DNA from: a virus
Lineage: Duplodnaviria > Caudoviricetes
IMG/VR virus record: IMGVR_UViG_3300046720_000004
Coordinates: 1-53,699 of that record
Direction: 5' to 3' (one strand)
Length of the DNA stretch: 53,699 nt
The first letter of the stretch is position 1. Every line of letters starts with the position of its first letter. Under the pieces are notes generated by a model, which did not search any database, had not been told where the DNA came from, and worked only from the letters and a program-made list of their open reading frames with translations. Positions 35,675 through 45,442 of the stretch are shown one piece after another. A program made the position numbers and the translations under genes.

Positions 35675-36028
35675 TCACCGGGCCTCCCGCATCCACGCGG
35701 GGCGTCCGGGCGCAAGCTCGCGCAACCCGCCATCACTGGTCCAGGTGTGCGACCGGGCCCAATCCGCGCGCGGGGACGCGGCCCGCAGCAGCGCGGCAAC
35801 GGCGGCGGTCGCCCCCCGCGGCGGCTCAATCGCCTGACCAGCGGAAGTCGAGGCGAGCATGACGAACTCCATGCGCGGGGAACCCGACGCGTCAGTCCAC
35901 ACCGGGGTGACCCGGATCGTGCGCGCACCCGGGATCAGGGCGTCCACCGCCTGCGTCAATACCGTCGGCGGGGCCTGCGCGTGAAACGCCACCCCGTCAT
36001 GGACCAGCTTCGTCAAGGTGACCATCAC
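35675..36028 (-). CDS. Hypothetical protein
   Basis: Coupled; ..LL.A..PRADW.RSHTW. Confidence 0.5.
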   Translation of the reverse strand: MMVTLTKLVHDGVAFHAQAPPTVLTQAVDALIPGARTIRVTPVWTDASGSPRMEFVMLASTSAGQAIEPPRGATAAVAALLRAASPRADWARSHTWTSDGGLRELAPGRPAWMREAR

Positions 36029-36261
36029 GCCACCGCCCGCGGCGTCCAGGGGCGCGGCATGGCGTCCACGACCTGGCCCAGCTGGGCCACGAACAGGGCC
36101 CGGACATCCAGGGGCACGTCCGGGCCGAACTCAAGGTGCAGGCTCACCAGGGGCCCGCCGTGGCCATCCGCGGCCGAGATATGAACGACGGACTCAAGGC
36201 CCTCGGCGCAAGCGCCGCGCTGGGCCGGTCCGGGTCGGGTGGTCGGTATCTGCGGGTTCAC
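36025..36261 (-). CDS. Hypothetical protein
   Basis: Coupled small ORF. Confidence 0.45.
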   Translation of the reverse strand: MNPQIPTTRPGPAQRGACAEGLESVVHISAADGHGGPLVSLHLEFGPDVPLDVRALFVAQLGQVVDAMPRPWTPRAVA

Positions 36262-37289
36262 GGGCTACGCCTTTCTGTGCGGCTGGTACGGGGTCCCGCC
36301 CCGCCGGGGGGATGAGGGGCGGGACCCTTGGCCGCCACACCGTTGGGGCGGGAGCGGCCGGGAAGAGTGGTCAGGTGACCGGCGGAATGGCCGGGGTGAC
36401 AGCGGGCCGGATGGTTCACCAGGCGGTACGGGGCGGGTTGTCGGGGCCGGTTGGGCATCGGCGGGCGGGGGCCGGGGCGCAGGCGGCCCGTGGCCCTGTG
36501 CGCCCGCCTGCGGGCCTGAGACGCCCCGGGAACCTCCCCCGCCACCCATCGAGGGGGCTGCGGGCGGCACAGAGGCGTACAGGCCATCTCCTGGGGCCCG
36601 TTCGGGGTTGCGGGTAGGTCCGGTCATCGGCCTGCGGTCCTCTCGGGGGTGGGTGGGCTGCCAGCGGCCGTCTGCGGGCTCCGGCGCCCCGGGGGACCGC
36701 CGGGCCGGGTTCGTGGCCCCACGGGCCGTACAGCCGCCGTCTCGGGGCCCCTGACGGATCCGGGACCGTGCGATGTCGTCACCGGGCACCCCCACGCCGC
36801 CGGTCCGCGCGCACCAGCAACCACAACTCCCGATCACCCGGCCGACGCCGCGCGGTAGCCCACATCCCGACCCCAGCCGCCATCGCCAGCACACCCACCA
36901 CCCACACCAGGCCCGCCATCACGCCGCACCACCCCGCCGGTTGGCCCCGCCAGTGGTTGGCCCGGCAGGCGGTCCGACGGCAGGTCGGCGGCACATACCC
37001 ACAGGCGGCAGGTCGGGGCGAGAACGCAGCGCGGCGGCGGCGAGGAGCCGGCGGACCAGGTCCACGTCGGCGAGCGCCACAGGGTCGGTGGGCTCGGGCG
37101 GAAGGACACGACCCGGAACAACAGCCCAAGCGCAGGTCCATGCGTGGCGGCACACAGGGCAGCGGTAGCCGGCGAGGAGCCCGCCGTCACCATCCGGTAT
37201 CGCCATCAGCGGCAGAGCCACGACGCGGCGCGCCGGGTGATGGCCGGAGTCGCACACATCGCCGTAGCGCGGATTGAGGTCTTTCACGG

Positions 37290-39887
37290 TCAGCCCTTTC
37301 CGAGGTTGGCGAGGCGGGCGTAGTGGGCTTGCCACGCAAGCGGGATGTCGATCTTGTTGATGCCTTGGCGTTGCTTCTCGACGAGCACGTCAACCTCGCC
37401 GGAGCGGTCCTTCGCGCCCTCGTTGCGCTCGGTCTCGGTGGGCTCCGGGGGACGGTGGAGGAGCAGAACGGTGTCGGCGTCGTTCTCGATGGCCCCGGAC
37501 TCGCGCAGGTCCGACATGGCCGGGCGCTTGTCAGACCGGGCCTCCGACGCCCGGTTGAGCTGCGTGAGGGCTACGACGGGCACGTTGAACTCGATCGCGA
37601 GCCGCTTGAGGTCCCGGGAGATCTCGCCGACCGCGGAGACGCGGGACTCGTGTCGCCCGGTGGCTTTCATCAGCTGCAGGTAGTCGATGACCACGACGGC
37701 GGCGGGCATGCCCTGGCCGGACATCCACCGGAGCCGGGTGCGGACGTGGGCGACGGTGAGCTGCGACGCGTCATCGATGATCAGCGGGGCGGAACGGACC
37801 TGGTCGGCGACCTTGGCAATGCGGTTCCAGTCCCAGTCGCTGAACTTCCGCTCCTCGAACGCGGTCAGGGACACCCGCGCCTCGGCGGCCATGATCCGGT
37901 CATTGATCTGGGCGCGGGGCATCTCCAGCGTGAAAAGGGCAGCGGGCTGGCGGCACTTGACCGCGGTGTGCGTGGCGATGCCCAGACCGGCGAGGGAGTT
38001 GTGTGTCGGGATGCAGGCCCGGCTGGCCAGGAACAGGTGGCTCTCGTTGTCGACGCGCACGCACCGCACCGGGACCGATGGGATCGGCCGCACGTCCACG
38101 ATGTAGCGGCGGTCAACGCCAGCCCGGTTCGAGGTGACGAGGCGCTGCGCCTTGCGGGGCAGGTAGACGACCTTGTCGGTCGTGGTGAAGCTGACGGTGT
38201 GGCAGATGGACGTCTCCACCGTGCGGCCCTTCACGCTCTTTGTGCGCATCGTGGGCCGGTAGCCGAGCGAGGCGATCAGCTCGTAGGTGTCCTCAGCCAG
38301 GCGGCGGCTCGTGACGGCAAACCGGACGCCGCCGGCCTTGTTGACAGTGCCGTTCGTGTCAAGCAGCCCAGCAAGGAGGTCGCGGCGCTGCTGCTCCGAC
38401 GCCCGTAGGTACGAGAAGGGAATGTGCTTGTTCCCCAGGACACCGATGCTGCGGAGCAGCGCCGTCATGCTTTGGTGCTTCTCAGCCCGGGGCGCCGACG
38501 TCGGAACGTAGCTGCGCTTCCAACCGGTCAGGTTGGGGCCGGTGATCTTCCGGATGGTGTCGGCCGCGACGCAGACGTGGACGGCCGCGCGCTCGATCGG
38601 CATCCCGTCGCGCACCAGGGCTACGCCGTCGGCCACGCGCTGGCGCCATTCGTGCTGGTTGCTGATCCCGTAGAGCAGGTAGTTCTTCCGCGGCGTGATC
38701 TCGTAGCCGTCGAGACGGATCCGGTCGAGGATCTCGGGGTCGACAGTGGTGATCTCGGGGGTGAGCGAGCTGCCGTCCCCCAGCCACGCCCCCAGGGTGT
38801 ACGGGGAAATGGGCAGGTCGGCTTCGGGAAGGTTGAACGGGCGGGCATTGACGACCGAGTGATTGGCCCGGCGTTCAGCGGTCGCCGTCCTGACGGTTGC
38901 CGCGATCTCGGCAGTGGTGCGGACTGTCGGGAACGTGCGTTGGTTGCGGTAGCGGTTGTAGCCAGTTGCGGCCTGCTGGGCTGATCGCAGCGAGGCGCGT
39001 GTGTCTGTGAGCCATTGGTGCTCTGCGTCGGCGACGATCACTGTGCCGTCGGAGAACTCGACCTCGTAGCAGGGGCGATCGTGTATGACATCGGTCGCTG
39101 CCATCACGGTGCACGGCTTGCCGTCGGCCCCGATGAGCTGCTCACCGACTCGGATCTCACTCATCGTCGTCCAGCCGGTTGGCGTAGGCAGCGGCGTGTC
39201 GAGCGCCAACGCCTTCCCGCCGCCCGGTCGGGCCCCGATGACGACGAGCTGGCCGCCGCGGATGCGGACCTTGGCGTCGAGGTCGATCCAGGGAGTGGGA
39301 AGCACCGGGTTCAGGTCCGGCTTCTCCAGGGATTCGAGGTAGTCATCGAAATCGTCGGCGATCAGCAGGGCTTGGGCGTCGGGCCGCCCGCTGGTGGCGG
39401 CTTGGACGTCGGCGAGGATCATCTCCGAGTCGGTGAGCTCGAACGTCGCCGCGGAGGCGATCCGCATGCCGCGGTGGCATGCCTGCCACATGCCGCGGCG
39501 GGCAGCGTCGGTAGCCACGGTCTGGGCGTGGTAGCGGACCCCCTCGAAACCGACGGCGCCTTGCCGGGCGAGGTCGTAGACGCGGACGGGCTGCCGGCCG
39601 AACGCGGCGAGGCCGCCGGTCTGTTCGAGGTGGCGGACCACGGCCGGGCCGTCGACCCAGTTGCCGGATCCGGCGAGGTGGAGGGCGGCGGCGAACGCGA
39701 CGGCGCAGTGGAGTTGGTGGAAGTGGTCGGGGGTGACGAGTTCGGCGGCGGCTTCGGCGTAGTTGCGTCCGCAGATGGCGGCCCCGGCGACGGCGGTCTC
39801 GGCGTCGAGGACGTCTTGGCTGGGGTTGTGGGCGGTGACGGTGGCGGGGATGCCGCCGGTTTCGGGGTCGTCGTAGGGGGCGGTCAT
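37290..39887 (-). CDS. dnaB: Replicative helicase DnaB with intein
   Basis: AE.AV.GA N-domain, IGARPGGGK|intein|S, FTLEM, VIDYLQL, QLNRASE.R.DKRP.MSDLRESGAIENDAD, KQRQG. Confidence 0.95.
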   Translation of the reverse strand: MTAPYDDPETGGIPATVTAHNPSQDVLDAETAVAGAAICGRNYAEAAAELVTPDHFHQLHCAVAFAAALHLAGSGNWVDGPAVVRHLEQTGGLAAFGRQPVRVYDLARQGAVGFEGVRYHAQTVATDAARRGMWQACHRGMRIASAATFELTDSEMILADVQAATSGRPDAQALLIADDFDDYLESLEKPDLNPVLPTPWIDLDAKVRIRGGQLVVIGARPGGGKALALDTPLPTPTGWTTMSEIRVGEQLIGADGKPCTVMAATDVIHDRPCYEVEFSDGTVIVADAEHQWLTDTRASLRSAQQAATGYNRYRNQRTFPTVRTTAEIAATVRTATAERRANHSVVNARPFNLPEADLPISPYTLGAWLGDGSSLTPEITTVDPEILDRIRLDGYEITPRKNYLLYGISNQHEWRQRVADGVALVRDGMPIERAAVHVCVAADTIRKITGPNLTGWKRSYVPTSAPRAEKHQSMTALLRSIGVLGNKHIPFSYLRASEQQRRDLLAGLLDTNGTVNKAGGVRFAVTSRRLAEDTYELIASLGYRPTMRTKSVKGRTVETSICHTVSFTTTDKVVYLPRKAQRLVTSNRAGVDRRYIVDVRPIPSVPVRCVRVDNESHLFLASRACIPTHNSLAGLGIATHTAVKCRQPAALFTLEMPRAQINDRIMAAEARVSLTAFEERKFSDWDWNRIAKVADQVRSAPLIIDDASQLTVAHVRTRLRWMSGQGMPAAVVVIDYLQLMKATGRHESRVSAVGEISRDLKRLAIEFNVPVVALTQLNRASEARSDKRPAMSDLRESGAIENDADTVLLLHRPPEPTETERNEGAKDRSGEVDVLVEKQRQGINKIDIPLAWQAHYARLANLGKG
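37998..39212 (-). mobile_element. Ala-start (class 3-type) intein with LAGLIDADG endonuclease, 405 aa
   Basis: ALALDTPLPTPTGW...DAEHQW...LGAWLGDG...LLAGLLDTNG...VRCVRVD...IPTHN|S. Confidence 0.9.
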
Positions 39888-40762
39888 GTGTTCGCTCCGA
39901 TGGCGTCGGGGTTGCAGGCGGGGCACCGGTATTCGCGGCCGTCGCGCTCCAGCCACCGGTAGCCGGGGGCGTCGCACTCACCGCACCAATCGGGCAGAGG
40001 CGGGGGTGCAGGCTGGGACGGCTTCGGTGGCGGACCGGCGGTGTAGGCGTCGTTGTAGCGACGGTCGCGGAGCCAGGTAGCGGAGAGCTTGATGTACTTG
40101 ATCGGCTCGCCTGCGACTTCATGGGCGTAGGCGACGGCGGCGGCGGTGATCTTCTTGGGGTCGACTCCGCTCAAGACGGCGGCAACCCAGAGGTCGCGGG
40201 TTTTGTCGAGGTCGCGGCTCTTCGGGTAGAGCGCCCAGAAGCTGCCGAACTCCTTTTTGTCCTCGTCGGTGATCTCGCGGGGCGGAGGGGTGGCGGCAGA
40301 AGAAGAGTTCTTTGAGGGGTATGAGGAGGAGGGGGTAGCCGTGGCTCCTTCTGAGTGAGCCGTGGCTACCCCTTGCGGCCTTGAAGGGGTAGCGGTGGCT
40401 CCTCCATGGGGTAGCGGTGGCTCCTCCTTAGAGGTAGCGGTGGCTACCCCTTCCGGGAGAGTGAACGGAGGCACCTTGAACGTCACCCGCGTGCCGGGCA
40501 CCGCGTACAGAACCCGACCGTCCTTGCCCTTGCCGATGGGTACGCGGAACTCCCAACCAGCCGCAGCGAGCCGCTTGAGGGCGTTACGGATCACATTGGT
40601 GTCCTTGGCGCCTGTCCAGCGGGCAAGCTCCTCAAGGCTGACGTAGCTCCTCCGCGTGCCCTCGCGGGCGTCGTCGGCGATCTCCAGGGCAACTGCGCGT
40701 TGCAGACCGGTGATGTCCGGCCCAAGCGCTTCCCGCAAGTCACGGCGGAGCTCGTAGCCCAT
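39884..40762 (-). CDS. Replication initiator 1 (lambda O-like), coupled to dnaB
   Basis: N-terminal HTH, GVATAT repeats, F..FW..YPK...K...TWLR..RY.D, C-terminal WCGECD...CPACNP. Confidence 0.8.
   Translation of the reverse strand: MGYELRRDLREALGPDITGLQRAVALEIADDAREGTRRSYVSLEELARWTGAKDTNVIRNALKRLAAAGWEFRVPIGKGKDGRVLYAVPGTRVTFKVPPFTLPEGVATATSKEEPPLPHGGATATPSRPQGVATAHSEGATATPSSSYPSKNSSSAATPPPREITDEDKKEFGSFWALYPKSRDLDKTRDLWVAAVLSGVDPKKITAAAVAYAHEVAGEPIKYIKLSATWLRDRRYNDAYTAGPPPKPSQPAPPPLPDWCGECDAPGYRWLERDGREYRCPACNPDAIGANT
40331..40451 (+). repeat. Five intragenic iterons GGTAGC(C/G)GTGGCT(A/C)C (putative origin 1)
   Basis: Copies at ~40334, 40357, 40388, 40410 and 40433. Confidence 0.75.
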
Positions 40763-40888
40763 CGACTCTCTTCTCTCGCTTGCATCGATCAGGGCATGGC
40801 GAAGAAACCCCCTGTTCAGGGCGGCCTCTCCACGCCACTGATCGCCTGTCCAGCTAGTGCCCAGTCTACCGGAGGGTGTATAGGCACT

Positions 40889-40933
40889 CGCAATACATTA
40901 GCAATACGCTTGGCGCGTTGGGGGTGTGTTGCG
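40889..40933. promoter_or_regulatory. GCAATAC repeats (putative RHH operator)
   Basis: CGCAATACA 40889, AGCAATACG 40900, inverted TGTGTTGCG 40925. Confidence 0.5.
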
Positions 40934-40959
40934 ATTGGACAGTCAGTTACGCTGTGCGC

Positions 40960-41151
40960 ATGACGACGAAGGGGACGGCGGGCCGGATGGTTCGCATCGA
41001 CGGCGAAACGTGGGATGCCTACGGCGAGGTATGCGACGCCAAGGGCCTCTCGCGCGCCGCCGACCTTCGCGTCTACATCAAGGCCCAGATCGCCGCGCAC
41101 CGCCGCCAACAGGCCGCCGACCGCCGAGCCGAGGATCGCGCCACCCCCTGA
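40960..41151 (+). CDS. Ribbon-helix-helix protein
   Basis: KGT.GRMVRIDGETW.AY...C...G.SRAADLR.YI. Confidence 0.75.
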   Translation: MTTKGTAGRMVRIDGETWDAYGEVCDAKGLSRAADLRVYIKAQIAAHRRQQAADRRAEDRATP

Positions 41152-41164
41152 CCCGCCGCACCCT

Positions 41165-41199
41165 CCCCGCCCCTGGCCCACCCGCGGGGCGGGGTTTTC
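41165..41199 (+). terminator. Terminator
   Basis: CCCCGCCCC...GGGGCGGGG-TTTT. Confidence 0.65.
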
Positions 41200-41213
41200 G
41201 TGCGCCCGGGCGG

Positions 41214-41492
41214 TCACGGGGTGCCGCCGCTATCCGGGTGCCACTGCGGCAGGGAGTCGTAACGGCCGCCCGGTTCCCGCTCCTCCGGCCACGGCGCGTT
41301 GCCGACGTCCCGGCGGTAGTGCCGCATCCCGGCGTCCTGCCGGGCGGCGTGCATCCGGTTGACGGGGTCGCGTTCGGCGGCTGGCCGGGCGTTCTTGTTT
41401 GGCGCGTTGCACTGCTCGCCCGGCTTTGCCTTGCACGTGGGGCAGCGGTGGGCGAGTGCGTATGCGTGAAGCGGCGGCCAGGGAGTAGTCAC
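41214..41492 (-). CDS. Phage zinc-finger protein
   Basis: CPTCKAKPGEQC...H.AR. Confidence 0.7.
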   Translation of the reverse strand: MTTPWPPLHAYALAHRCPTCKAKPGEQCNAPNKNARPAAERDPVNRMHAARQDAGMRHYRRDVGNAPWPEEREPGGRYDSLPQWHPDSGGTP

Positions 41493-42187
41493 CGGCCGCC
41501 GCCCTCGATCGCGGCGCGGCCGATCGCGTCCAGCTCCAACGCCGTCAACTCGACCCAGTAGTCGATGACGAGGTGATTGATCGCGTCTTCGTACTCGCGC
41601 CGTGACATCTGCGCGAAGGTCTGACGGGCCAGGATCGACGCGTCGTCGGCATTAAGTTCCCGGCCAGGATTTTCTTGCCCGAACTGGGCGAGCGCGGCAG
41701 TGAACTCGTTGTGCCAGTTGGCGCCCAACTCAGGCTGCAAGAGGCTTGGAAGACAGTCGTTTCGGAACCCGGTCCATACCTTCCAAGCCGTCTCGGCCGA
41801 CTCGGCGATGTTGGGATTGATAACGCTGGGCTTGAACGTGTTTGCCGTAGCCGCAGCCTTCGCAGCATCGGGGCGTTCAAAGGGGAGCTTTTGGGCGTAG
41901 GCAGTGACCGCGCCATAGTCCGCGTCCGCGAAGTACTCGATAGCGCCTGAGCGGTGCCACCGTTGTTCACAGAACGCGATCAGCGCTTTCTCATTGGCGG
42001 CATACCCGACGTGCTGGGGCGAAGCCCAGGTGTGTTCGATCTTGGCTGCATATCGCGCCGCATCGCGGGCGTGCTCGGTGAAACGCTTGGCGGCGTTGAG
42101 CGTGCGCCCGACTTTGACTATGCCGTTGCTGAAGCGCATCACGTACACGCAGCCCTGCTCGCCATTGGTGAATCGTTCGATATTCAC
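41489..42187 (-). CDS. GIY-YIG/T5orf172-like domain protein (lower GC)
   Basis: GCVYVMRFSNGIVKVGRT...RF.EH...E..L...EYF. Confidence 0.65.
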   Translation of the reverse strand: MNIERFTNGEQGCVYVMRFSNGIVKVGRTLNAAKRFTEHARDAARYAAKIEHTWASPQHVGYAANEKALIAFCEQRWHRSGAIEYFADADYGAVTAYAQKLPFERPDAAKAAATANTFKPSVINPNIAESAETAWKVWTGFRNDCLPSLLQPELGANWHNEFTAALAQFGQENPGRELNADDASILARQTFAQMSRREYEDAINHLVIDYWVELTALELDAIGRAAIEGGGR

Positions 42188-42474
42188 GGCCGTGTTCCTT
42201 TCTTCGACGCTTGCGTGGCGGCTTGCGCGGCCCGGTACGTGTGCGGGTTGGCCTGGCGTTTCCCGGACGCGACCGCGCGTGCGTCGACCACCCGGGAGTC
42301 GCCGAGCGGGCTGGGGATGCGTTGGGGCGTGTAGCCGGGCCCAGGGGTGGGTTCGGGCCTGCCTGCGAGGCGGGCGGGGGTGTGGTCGGGGCATGCGGTG
42401 GTGTTGATGTACCGCCGGGCGTCCGGCTTGCCGCAGTAGCGCCCTTCCGCGCCGATCCAGTGGCCGCAGGTCAC
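42184..42474 (-). CDS. Cys/His hypothetical protein
   Basis: CGHWIG...RYC...CPDHTPARLAG.PEP. Confidence 0.65.
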   Translation of the reverse strand: MTCGHWIGAEGRYCGKPDARRYINTTACPDHTPARLAGRPEPTPGPGYTPQRIPSPLGDSRVVDARAVASGKRQANPHTYRAAQAATQASKKGTRP

Positions 42475-43475
42475 GCTGCGGCCTCCTTGCCGGTGGGCTC
42501 CGGGTGGCGAATGAGGATGGTGCTGAGGTGGTCGGGGGTGATGCATAGCCGGTGGGCGGCCTGCTCGCGGGTGTGGCCTTGGCGGAGGAGTTCGCGGGCG
42601 TCGTCGGCGAGGTCTTGGCCGCGGCTGGATGCTTGATGCCGGGCGGCGAGCTGGGCCTTTCCTCGTGCCGGCCCGTCGAGGTGTGCGTGGTCGGTGAGCC
42701 ACTGGGTGTGTGCCTGCTGGCAGCGGTTGCACATGGGGAGTTGCTGTACCCGGTGGGTGTGCCAGCCGTGGTCGGTGCCGCAGTGGCCGGTCCAGTCGGG
42801 GTGCGCGTCTGGGGCGTCGATCGCGTTGTCGTCCCATGCGGCCGGCGGCGCCCAGCTGTTCCGCGTGGCGACGGTGCGCGCGAGGGTTCTGGCTTGCGCG
42901 CGCACGGCCGCTTGTTCGGGGGTCCGGGTGGAGAGCCGCTTGTATCCGGCTTTGACCTTGCGGGCGGTTCCTGCGGTGACGACCTGGGCGTGGGCGAGGT
43001 CTCCGAGTGGCCGCGGGTGGATGTCGAGCTGGGGTCCGAGGGCGGTGAAGCCCCAGCCGACGGCGACAAGGGCCTGGATGCGGCGACGGGTTCCGGTGCC
43101 GTCGACGCGGGCGCCGTCGGGGATGGGGCAGTCTTCGGCGCGGATGCCGAGGATGGCCTGCGCGGATTCGGTGCGGAGTTTCGCCTCGCTGCGCTGGCCG
43201 AGCGTGCCGTAGAGGATGCGGGCGATGGTGGCCCGAGGGACGCCTGCGGCTTCGGTGATGCCGGGCATGCTGGCGCCGGCTTTGCGGAGCATGGCGATGT
43301 GCTGGCGGACGGGGTTGGCGTCGGCGTAGGGCTGCCAAGTGCCGTATCCGCGTAGGCGGTGGCGCCGCCGGGTGTAGGCGCGGAAGTTTTCTCGGCAGGG
43401 GTCGCAGGTGCAGCCGTAGTGCTTGTGCCGGGACAGGGTGCCGTGTTCCGGTAGCGGCCTTGTGGCGGTGGTCAC
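42471..43475 (-). CDS. Multi-HTH DNA-binding phage protein
   Basis: HG...YGC.C..C, HTH segments, GT.RR.QAL.A.GW, W.PP.AWDD, CGT..G...H. Confidence 0.75.
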   Translation of the reverse strand: MTTATRPLPEHGTLSRHKHYGCTCDPCRENFRAYTRRRHRLRGYGTWQPYADANPVRQHIAMLRKAGASMPGITEAAGVPRATIARILYGTLGQRSEAKLRTESAQAILGIRAEDCPIPDGARVDGTGTRRRIQALVAVGWGFTALGPQLDIHPRPLGDLAHAQVVTAGTARKVKAGYKRLSTRTPEQAAVRAQARTLARTVATRNSWAPPAAWDDNAIDAPDAHPDWTGHCGTDHGWHTHRVQQLPMCNRCQQAHTQWLTDHAHLDGPARGKAQLAARHQASSRGQDLADDARELLRQGHTREQAAHRLCITPDHLSTILIRHPEPTGKEAAA

Positions 43476-43680
43476 TGTGGTCCTTCTTCTTCTCGCTGCT
43501 GTGTGGCGGCGAGGATGTGGTCGCAGGTGCGGTGGAGGTCAGGGTCGCTGCCCCACTCGATGTCGATGCGGGGGTGTGCGGCCCGTGCGCGTGCGCGGCG
43601 TTCCAGCCGGGTGAGCCGGGCGAGGATGGTGATGGCGGCGGCGTCCAGGGCGAGCGACGCGAGGAAGGCGATAGCGGCGG

Positions 43681-44052
43681 TCACGCGGCGGCCCTCGCCT
43701 CGCGGTAGGCCGCGGTGCCAATCCAGTGGTGGCAGATGGAGCGGTGAACGGTGGCGCGGCCGGAGCCGTCGAACTTGACGTGTTCGATGACGCCGCGTTT
43801 GGAGGCGCGGATGAACCGCGGGCCCCAGCAGTTGGGGTGCGGCGGTTCGTCGACGAGGCCCTCGCGGATGAGGTCGGCGGCCTGGAACACCACGCCGCGG
43901 GCGGCCATCGCTTCGATCGCCTCGTCGCAGTCCGTTGACCACTTCGGGTCGAGCTGGCCTATGCGGCGGGTGCCGCGACGCTTCGCAGCCTCGCCGGCGG
44001 CCGGGTTGACGACGCCCTGGGCGGGCTCTGGGAGCTGCAGCTGGCCGGTCAT
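43681..44052 (-). CDS. Hypothetical phage protein
   Basis: GGAAGG RBS; EPPHPNCWG.RF..A...G.I. Confidence 0.65.
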   Translation of the reverse strand: MTGQLQLPEPAQGVVNPAAGEAAKRRGTRRIGQLDPKWSTDCDEAIEAMAARGVVFQAADLIREGLVDEPPHPNCWGPRFIRASKRGVIEHVKFDGSGRATVHRSICHHWIGTAAYREARAAA

Positions 44053-44127
44053 GGCCGGGTTCCTTCCGGGTGTGGTGTGCTGGGTGCGGGCCGCCCCTGT
44101 GTCGGGCAGGGGCGGCCACAGGGCGGG

Positions 44128-44835
44128 TTACTGGGTGGGCGGCGGGATGAGTGGCCAGGACGGGTTGACGTGCGCGTCCGGGCGGGACCGGCGCAGGTAC
44201 TCCTGGTATCCGGTGGCCCAGCGGGCGTGCCAGGTGATCTGCCATGCGTGCAGCTGCTCGGCCGGCACCTGCAGCTCGGGGTACTTCTCGGCGATGCGCA
44301 GGGCCACTTCGAGGGCAGCCTGCGCATCGGCGTCCGCGGTGTGGGCGCCGGTCAGGGTGACGCCGTAGTGCGTGCACAGCGCGGTGAGGGTCCGCTTGCC
44401 TGTGCGCCGCTTGTCTGCCGCCCGGTCCAAGGCGAGCGGGTCAACGATCGGCGCGACCGGGCGGCCGATGCGTTCTGCCACCGTGGGCACGCCGTGCCGT
44501 GCGCACTCGGCGTCCAGCAGCGAGAGGTCGAAAGGCGCATTCATCACCACGAGCGCGGCCCGGCCGGCGGAGAGTTCACCGGCGAGAGCGTCGGCGATCT
44601 CCTCCACGACCTGCTTGGCGGGGCGGCCGTGCGCGCGGGCGTGCTGTGTGGTCACGCCGTGGATGCGGCTCGCGTTCTCGGGGATCTCCACGCCGTCCGC
44701 GTCGGACAGCCAGCGCAGCACCTCACCGCCCGGCCGGACCAACGCGGCGGTGACGATCCGGTCCGCGTCGACGTTGATGCCCGAGGTTTCCGTGTCGAAG
44801 CTGGCGAGCGGCCCGAGGTGCCAGAAAATCGTCAC
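44128..44835 (-). CDS. DnaQ-like DEDDh 3'-5' exonuclease
   Basis: FDTETSG, IHGVT, NAPFDLSLL, AHTADADA. Confidence 0.9.
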   Translation of the reverse strand: MTIFWHLGPLASFDTETSGINVDADRIVTAALVRPGGEVLRWLSDADGVEIPENASRIHGVTTQHARAHGRPAKQVVEEIADALAGELSAGRAALVVMNAPFDLSLLDAECARHGVPTVAERIGRPVAPIVDPLALDRAADKRRTGKRTLTALCTHYGVTLTGAHTADADAQAALEVALRIAEKYPELQVPAEQLHAWQITWHARWATGYQEYLRRSRPDAHVNPSWPLIPPPTQ

Positions 44836-45380
44836 GCCGCGCCGCCTTCGAGCCGGCCCGGACCAGTGACGCCGGGAATCGGCAGCTCCCCGGACAGCCA
44901 CGCAGCCTCAATCGCCGCGGCACCCTCGGAGCCCTTCGCGCCCTTGAGGAGCAGGCGATGTGTTCGGGAACGGGACGGCTTGATCTCCACGCCGGGCACG
45001 TCGTGGATCTCGCCGGTCTCCTTGTCGATGACCTTCGCTGCGTTCGCCGCGGTCATCTCCCCGAGCAGCCGGGAGGCGAATGCGGTGCGTACCTCGGTGA
45101 TGAAGCGCCGCTCGATCTCCGTCGGATAGGTGGACATCACCCAGGCTTTGAATGCCGCTTCGTCAGTGATGCGGGCCTCGGAGCTCCCGCTGGAGAGGCT
45201 GATGGTGCCGACGTTGGTGCCGTTGGGAAGAGTGACAGCGATCTGTCGGGTGCCGATCTCCTTCTCGGCGGCATCGAGGCCGGCCTGCATGTCGGCGCGG
45301 ACGGTCTTGAGGCGGCCGAGGACCTTGACGGCGAGGGCCTTGAGGGTTGCTTCCTCTATGGCCAGTTCCCGCAAGTTCAA
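44832..45380 (-). CDS. Hypothetical protein of the recombination module
   Basis: AGGAG RBS; D.ETGEI..VPGV. Confidence 0.7.
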   Translation of the reverse strand: MNLRELAIEEATLKALAVKVLGRLKTVRADMQAGLDAAEKEIGTRQIAVTLPNGTNVGTISLSSGSSEARITDEAAFKAWVMSTYPTEIERRFITEVRTAFASRLLGEMTAANAAKVIDKETGEIHDVPGVEIKPSRSRTHRLLLKGAKGSEGAAAIEAAWLSGELPIPGVTGPGRLEGGAA

Positions 45381-45442
45381 TGTGGTCTCCTGTGTGCGGG
45401 GGACGCCCTCGTTTCGGGCGGGGGCGTCCCCGTTCGGCGGTG

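Noticed and set aside
36258-36900. Gly/Pro-rich ORFs downstream of dnaB
   Set aside because: No frame shows convincing codon bias or motifs; left unannotated
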